A DNA stretch of 64,000 bases, from the NCBI GenBank assembly GCA_965198005.1, contig CBDAOI010000004.1, positions 1,696,001 through 1,760,000 on the forward strand, in the 5' to 3' direction. The notes beneath the pieces were generated by a model. The model had not been told where the DNA came from. It saw only the letters and a program-made list of their open reading frames with translations, and made no database searches. Source of the DNA: Spirochaetia bacterium (lineage in GTDB: Bacteria > Spirochaetota > Spirochaetia > SZUA-6 > Bin103). This document shows positions 60,643-64,000 of the stretch, in pieces (within the stretch, counting starts at the first letter, position 1; every line of letters starts with the position of its first letter). The position numbers and the translations under genes were made by a program.

Positions 60643-61560
60643 CTACTGCAGGGCGAACAGGGCGAACGCGAAGTTGGCGGCCGGCTCGGGCATGTCGGTG
60701 CGGCCCTCCAGGTAGCGCCGTACCTGCTCGGCCGGTGGGACGCTGTCCTGCTCCGTGAAGCCCGCGCGCTGCAGCTCGGTGTTCACCTGCTCGGGCGTGA
60801 ACATGGACCGCATCGGCTCGCCGCGGCGCGCCGCGAACTGGTCGACCTTGTCGGCGAAGCGCAGCGCGTGCTCGGGAATCAGGTGGCGCGGGTACTTGTA
60901 GTCGAACACCAGCCGGCTGCCGGGCGCGGCCACCGCGGCGATGCGGTCGAGGGTGTTGCGGATCGCATCCTGCGTGAGGTAGTAGGTGGTGCCCAGCCAG
61001 GAGAAGAACGCCGGGGTGCCCGAGTCGAAGCCGGCGCTGGTGAGCGCCTCGTCGAGCCGGTCGGTCTCGAAGTCGACCGGCACGAACACCACGTTGGCGG
61101 GGACGCTGCCGTTGATCCCGATGACGCGTTCGCGTTTCATGCTCTGCGACGAGGGGTGGTCCACTTCGAACACGCGCAGCCGGTCGGCCAGCTCTCCCTG
61201 ACGCAGGGTGAAGGTGTCGAGCCCGGCGCCGAGGATGACGTACTGGCCGACCCCGGCGGTCACCGCCTCGCGGAGTTGCTCCTCGGCATAGCGGATGCGC
61301 AGGATGTTCTCGGTATGGATCGGCCGGAACACGCGCAGCAGCAGGTGAACGATCAGCCGGTTCAGCAGCCAGTTGGTGGCGACCAGCCGCCAGAAGGGCG
61401 TCACCATCTCCAGCGCGTATTGGTCGGAGAAGATCGGCGGCCGGTCCCAGCGCAGGTGCGAGCCGCGAATCGCCGCCGCCAGGATCGCCGTCCGGCTGGC
61501 GCCGCGCGCGCCGTCACCGTCCGGCCCGGCGGCGTGTTCCTGCCCGTCGTCGGTAGCCAT
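60643..61560 (-). CDS. Class I SAM-dependent methyltransferase (LCM-like)
   Basis: QYVILGAGLDT, FEVDHP, VDFE, WLGTTYYL. Confidence 0.88.
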   Translation of the reverse strand: MATDDGQEHAAGPDGDGARGASRTAILAAAIRGSHLRWDRPPIFSDQYALEMVTPFWRLVATNWLLNRLIVHLLLRVFRPIHTENILRIRYAEEQLREAVTAGVGQYVILGAGLDTFTLRQGELADRLRVFEVDHPSSQSMKRERVIGINGSVPANVVFVPVDFETDRLDEALTSAGFDSGTPAFFSWLGTTYYLTQDAIRNTLDRIAAVAAPGSRLVFDYKYPRHLIPEHALRFADKVDQFAARRGEPMRSMFTPEQVNTELQRAGFTEQDSVPPAEQVRRYLEGRTDMPEPAANFAFALFALQ

Positions 61561-62012
61561 GAGTGTGGACAGGGTAGCGGAATCGCTGCGTCCCGTACAG
61601 GGCACGGGGACAGCGGACGCCAAGGGATCCGATATAATAGGTCGTCCACCTCGACCTGCTGGTCACGGTGGTACAACGTGATCAACGTGCTCCCGGGAGC
61701 CCGCGGCCCCACGGGGCGGGGCGCTCCGGGCAGCAGCGGTAGCTACGGCTCCGCGGAGGCGTTGAGGCCGACGGGGGTAACGCCAGTTAAAGCCGCAGGG
61801 TCGACCGCGTAGTATGGAGCCACGCGATGAGTGAAGCGACGACACCACTCGGCAGTTCCCAGCTCGCGCAGATCGGTACGTACGTAAAGGACCACCTGAA
61901 TGGGTGGCTTGCGGAGCGCGGCACCGACAACGACTCGCACGCCGCAGCATCGCAGCATCGATTGTGCGTTTGACAGCGATTCGTGGCGCCACTACGGTGG
62001 CGGGCGCACGGC

Positions 62013-63056
62013 ATGGCGCGCGAGTTGTATCAGCCGCACGACAACCTGTTCCGCAAAGTGTTCTCCAATGCGCCCGAAGCGGCCGGCTTGCTACGCCCGA
62101 ATCTGCCGGAGTGGCTGAGCACCAGGCTGGACTGGTCGACGTTGACCCTGCAGGATCGCAGTTACGTGGACGAAGAGCTGGAGGCCAGCCAGTCCGACCT
62201 GCTGTTCGAGGTGCAGTGGCAAGCGGGTGACGGCCAAGCGGGCGCTGGGCAAGCGGGGGCCGGCGAGGCGGGGAGCGAGCCGCAGCGGCTGTTGCTGTAC
62301 GTGCTGTTCGAGCATCAATCGACGCCGAACCGCTGGATGAGTTTCCGGTTGTTGGAGTACTGTTGCCGTGTCTGGGCGGATGCCCTGCTGGCCGACAAGA
62401 AGCGGCGGGAGTTGCCGCCGATCGTGCCGGTGGTGTTCTACCAGGGTAAGCGGCGCTGGCGGCACGCGCGGGAGTTCGGGGAGTTGTTTGCGGCGGCGGC
62501 ACGGGAGTGGCCGTGGACGCCACGCTTTGAGCATCTGCTGGTGGACCAGTCGCAGGCGGCGGTGGGCGAGGTGCGCGGGGAAGCGCTGGGGCGGGTCGCG
62601 CAGCTTGCGCTGATGGCGGCGGCGCGGCGGCGGGTGAGTGAGGCGCGCGCGGCGTTGCTGATGGCGGCGCAGCACATGGGCGAGTTGGCCAGGAGCGGTC
62701 GGATCGAACTGTTCAGAGCCATCGTGAGGTATGTCATTACGACGCAGGACAAGCAGAACGTGAGGGAGTTCGGCGAGGCGTTGGGGCGGCACGTACCAGG
62801 ACCGGGAGGAGACATGAAGACGTACGCAGAGGAGTTGCTGCAGGAGGGGCTCCAGGAGGGGCTCCGGAAGGGCCGCCAGGAAGGCCGCCACGAGGGCCGC
62901 CAGGAAGGCCGCCAGGAAGGTCAACTTGGCACGATCGAGAGCTTCTTGCGGGCTGGAATCGAGTGGTCGGTCATCGAGGAGGCTACCGGTATCGACCAGG
63001 AAGCCTTCCAGGCACTCCGCCGACGGCTCGAAGAGTCGGATCGGACGACCGAGTAA
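62013..63056 (+). CDS. Rpn-family recombination-promoting nuclease/putative transposase
   Basis: PHDNLFRKVF, SDLLF, LFEHQS, PIVPVVFYQG, EGRQ repeats; upstream TTGACA-17-TACGGT. Confidence 0.9.
   Translation: MARELYQPHDNLFRKVFSNAPEAAGLLRPNLPEWLSTRLDWSTLTLQDRSYVDEELEASQSDLLFEVQWQAGDGQAGAGQAGAGEAGSEPQRLLLYVLFEHQSTPNRWMSFRLLEYCCRVWADALLADKKRRELPPIVPVVFYQGKRRWRHAREFGELFAAAAREWPWTPRFEHLLVDQSQAAVGEVRGEALGRVAQLALMAAARRRVSEARAALLMAAQHMGELARSGRIELFRAIVRYVITTQDKQNVREFGEALGRHVPGPGGDMKTYAEELLQEGLQEGLRKGRQEGRHEGRQEGRQEGQLGTIESFLRAGIEWSVIEEATGIDQEAFQALRRRLEESDRTTE
62814..63056 (+). CDS. Putative internally initiated small Rpn C-terminal protein (80 aa)
   Basis: In-frame ATG preceded by GGGAGGAGAC. Confidence 0.55.
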   Translation: MKTYAEELLQEGLQEGLRKGRQEGRHEGRQEGRQEGQLGTIESFLRAGIEWSVIEEATGIDQEAFQALRRRLEESDRTTE

Positions 63057-63521
63057 CCTGAGTTCCCGCGGCAAGCTCCGGCGCGGCGGGGGCAGTCTCG
63101 GAGGCTGTCTCACGGGCGGCCAATGCCGCCGCGTGCACGTGTGCCGGCCGCCGCAGCCGGCACCTGCTCCAGCGCCCGCAGCACCACCGCCCTCACCTCC
63201 GGCAGCAACCGCTCCTGCGGCACCACCATCCCGACTTGGTCCACCCGCAGGCTCAACCCTCGCCGCGCCAGGCACATCTGCGCCTGGGTGATCCGACCTG
63301 GCGCGCCTGCTCGATCAACAGACGCAAGAGATCCGACGGTGGCCGTGCGGTCCGGTTTGTGATGTCATGCAGGGGATCGCTTCGCCGAAAGGCCCGAGGC
63401 GCTCATTCGCGCCGCATGGAGGACGGTGGCGAGCAGGAGCGTGAGCTCGCCGCCAAGTACCGCCCGGTCACGGCGGCTGTCGTTCGAATACCCCTATGTC
63501 AGCGCCCTCTTGGAACGCGCC

Positions 63522-63611
63522 ACGAACTGGTCGACCCGATCGGCGAACCGCAGCGCGTGCTCGGGAATCAGGTGGCGCGGGTACTTGTAGTCGAACACCA
63601 GCCGGCTGCCG
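63522..63611. repeat. About 90-bp copy of an internal piece of the methyltransferase gene (60832-60921)
   Basis: cgaactggtcgacc...gtcgaacaccagccggctgccg at both sites. Confidence 0.8.
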
Positions 63612-63662
63612 GTCAGGTGGGTGGTTGGCCTCGGGCCGAATTGATACTATTATTGACACCAG

Positions 63663-63881
63663 ATGAAGGATGCCGAGGCCATTGTCGAGACACTTCGTAG
63701 CCGTCCGAACAGCATCCGGTTTTCTGAACTGGTGAACGGCTGTGACAGATTCTTCGGCGAGCCACGGCAGAAGGGGACCAGTCATCTGGTGTACAAGATG
63801 CCGTGGCCGGGTGATCCTCGGGTCAATATCCAGGATGCCGGGGGAATGGCGAAGCCATATCAGGTCCGGTTAGGAGTCTGA
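63663..63881 (+). CDS. hicA: HicA-like toxin (C-terminus looks short)
   Basis: IRFSEL...FFGEPRQKGTSHLVYKMPWPGDPRVNIQ...AKPYQVR. Confidence 0.75.
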   Translation: MKDAEAIVETLRSRPNSIRFSELVNGCDRFFGEPRQKGTSHLVYKMPWPGDPRVNIQDAGGMAKPYQVRLGV

Positions 63882-63882
63882 C

Positions 63883-64000
63883 ATGCATCATCATTACACG
63901 TATCGTATCACATGGTCTGCTGAAGACGCCGAACACGTGGCGCTCTGTGCAGAGTTCCCGTCCTTGAGTTGGCTGGCGCCTACTCCACAGGAGGCCCTGG
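63883..64000 (+). CDS. hicB: HicB-like antitoxin (runs off window)
   Basis: HYTYRITWSAEDAEHVALCAEFPSLSWLA. Confidence 0.8.
   Translation, partial: MHHHYTYRITWSAEDAEHVALCAEFPSLSWLAPTPQEAL

Noticed and set aside
63130-63300. Possible transposase C-terminal shard on the minus strand
   Set aside because: Looks coding (LSLRVDQVGMVVPQERLLPEVRAVVL) but I cannot assign a family.
1-64000. CRISPR array, rRNA or tRNA genes
   Set aside because: No regularly spaced repeat-spacer array or recognisable rRNA/tRNA found by eye.

Overview
Bacterial DNA with a GC-rich backbone; the 'LWAAGAEEE'-type leaders on the solute-binding proteins suggest a spirochaete-like organism (inference only). Intact metabolic and transport genes (nucleoside hydrolase, Fur, MscS, aldo/keto reductases, Zn-dehydrogenase, CorA, MFS, M20 peptidase, SDR, methyltransferase) and a frameshifted argS alternate with a fragmented accessory mosaic. 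The mosaic holds: a lower-GC sugar-catabolism operon (1-4 kb); three near-complete and many partial copies of an ATPase-less SBP-dppB-dppC cassette with partly shared promoter/leader blocks; an RT-encoding group II intron, an ORF-less group II intron and a 5' intron fragment; IS110/IS1634 and other transposase remnants; many truncated toxin-antitoxin genes; and a defence-like region at 47.6-64 kb. The best candidate for an undescribed system is an intact, translationally coupled three-gene operon at 55.1-58.3 kb: HEPN-like protein, ParA/MinD-like ATPase with a KGGVGRS Walker A, and a second P-loop ATPase. Also notable is an Rpn gene with an internal RBS/start and a deleted second copy that keeps only that C-terminal part. 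Many breaks and frameshifts may be assembly or sequencing artefacts. All family calls come from motif recognition by eye, not database searches; coordinates of fragments are approximate.
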